64,000 bases of DNA from Phoronis australis (Eukaryota > Animalia > Phoronida), in assembly GCA_002633005.1 (NCBI GenBank), contig NMRA01000534.1, forward strand, positions 234,251-298,250, read 5' to 3'. The notes under the pieces were generated by a model, which was not told where the DNA came from, ran no database searches, and saw nothing but the letters and a program-made list of their open reading frames with translations. This document shows, in pieces, positions 63,042 to 64,000 of the stretch (within the stretch, counting starts at the first letter, position 1; the number at the start of each line of letters is the position of its first letter). Made by a program: the position numbers and the translations under genes.

Positions 63042-64000
63042 AGAAGTGCACTGTTTTGAGAAAACTTTTTTCGTTTGGTTACAAAACACAATGCGTGGAT
63101 GTTTTCTTATTTTGTTTCACCGCTTTGCATTCCTAACGGCTAACGAGGCCGGTGACGATTGCTGCCAAGTTACGAACTTTGCTGCTGCTAGCCGTAGTCA
63201 GTGATTGTCGGATACTTTGCATCAGTTTCACGATATGCCGATATAAAAAGTTTTCTTCTAATTTCTTACCAGATTGTGACATATTTCTGAAGCTTGGCGT
63301 ACTTTCGCTGTCAATCAGTGCACTTTGTGCTGGCTACGGAAGATGCGAGATATTCGCAATTTCAAGTTTCAATTGCATTAAATGCTACACTCCATATGCA
63401 AAGAAACAGTTGAAAACCTGCGTAATAGACAATCAAATGTGTAGCAAAAGAACCAAAATGGAATTTAAAAACATTCAAACAAAATAACAATAATTTTACA
63501 CTCACGGTGATATCAATACGTTTTCAAGGACAACATGGCCGCCATTCAGGGATCGTTCTTGCACGTACTGATATACAGGAAATTCTAGTCACGGGAATAG
63601 TCGATGATTTTCGGATTTTGGCACAGCTGACGTACAAATTTGTGTATCAGTCAAAAGGCGTGTAGTTTGATAACAGAAAATAGGAGAACATTATTCCACG
63701 TTACATATTACTTTCGTTATATACTTTCAAGTGTTCGAATTAGATTAAGTGTTTGAAATAAGCTCTTTAAGATGGACGACTTTACGATTTATACTGCCAC
63801 GAGCTAAAATGAATTAAAAAAGACTGACAGTGCGGAAGCTGCTGCGTTTGTTTTCTAACCTTAATATTCTACTAAATATTCTGGCTTTTTAAACGCATGC
63901 ATTGCATGGGGGATTCGACGGAGGACCGGGGAACCCAAAGCCAGGGATTATAGAGCCGCGGACATAGAGCTGGGGGACGTAGGGCGGCAGCTTTTTATCA

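Overview
AT-rich eukaryotic genomic DNA, most likely a marine invertebrate draft assembly, with two N-gaps. It is not prokaryotic. Most of the window is nested transposable elements: (1) many non-autonomous DNA transposons with CA...TG ends and 5-bp target-site duplications (TSDs); (2) two Academ-type elements with decayed transposases; (3) a Helentron-like element carrying an array of CTCF-like motifs; (4) THAP-bearing elements; (5) Penelope-like fragments, one with a hammerhead-like motif; (6) decayed LINEs; (7) a Gypsy-like PBS-gag start; (8) satellites. Host-gene signal is sparse. There is one F-type-lectin-domain exon on the minus strand (~61.5-61.7 kb). The most interesting feature is a ~1.4-kb duplication (42.6-44.1 kb and 51.4-52.8 kb). 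Each copy carries a phase-1 terminal exon encoding an ~80-aa Cys/Trp/Tyr-rich peptide with two internal repeats that I do not recognise. The two peptides are only ~55% identical, yet every indel preserves the frame and the flanking intron/UTR is much better conserved. A single candidate signal-peptide exon lies upstream at ~35.4 kb. All alignments and percentages were made by eye; no database search was possible.
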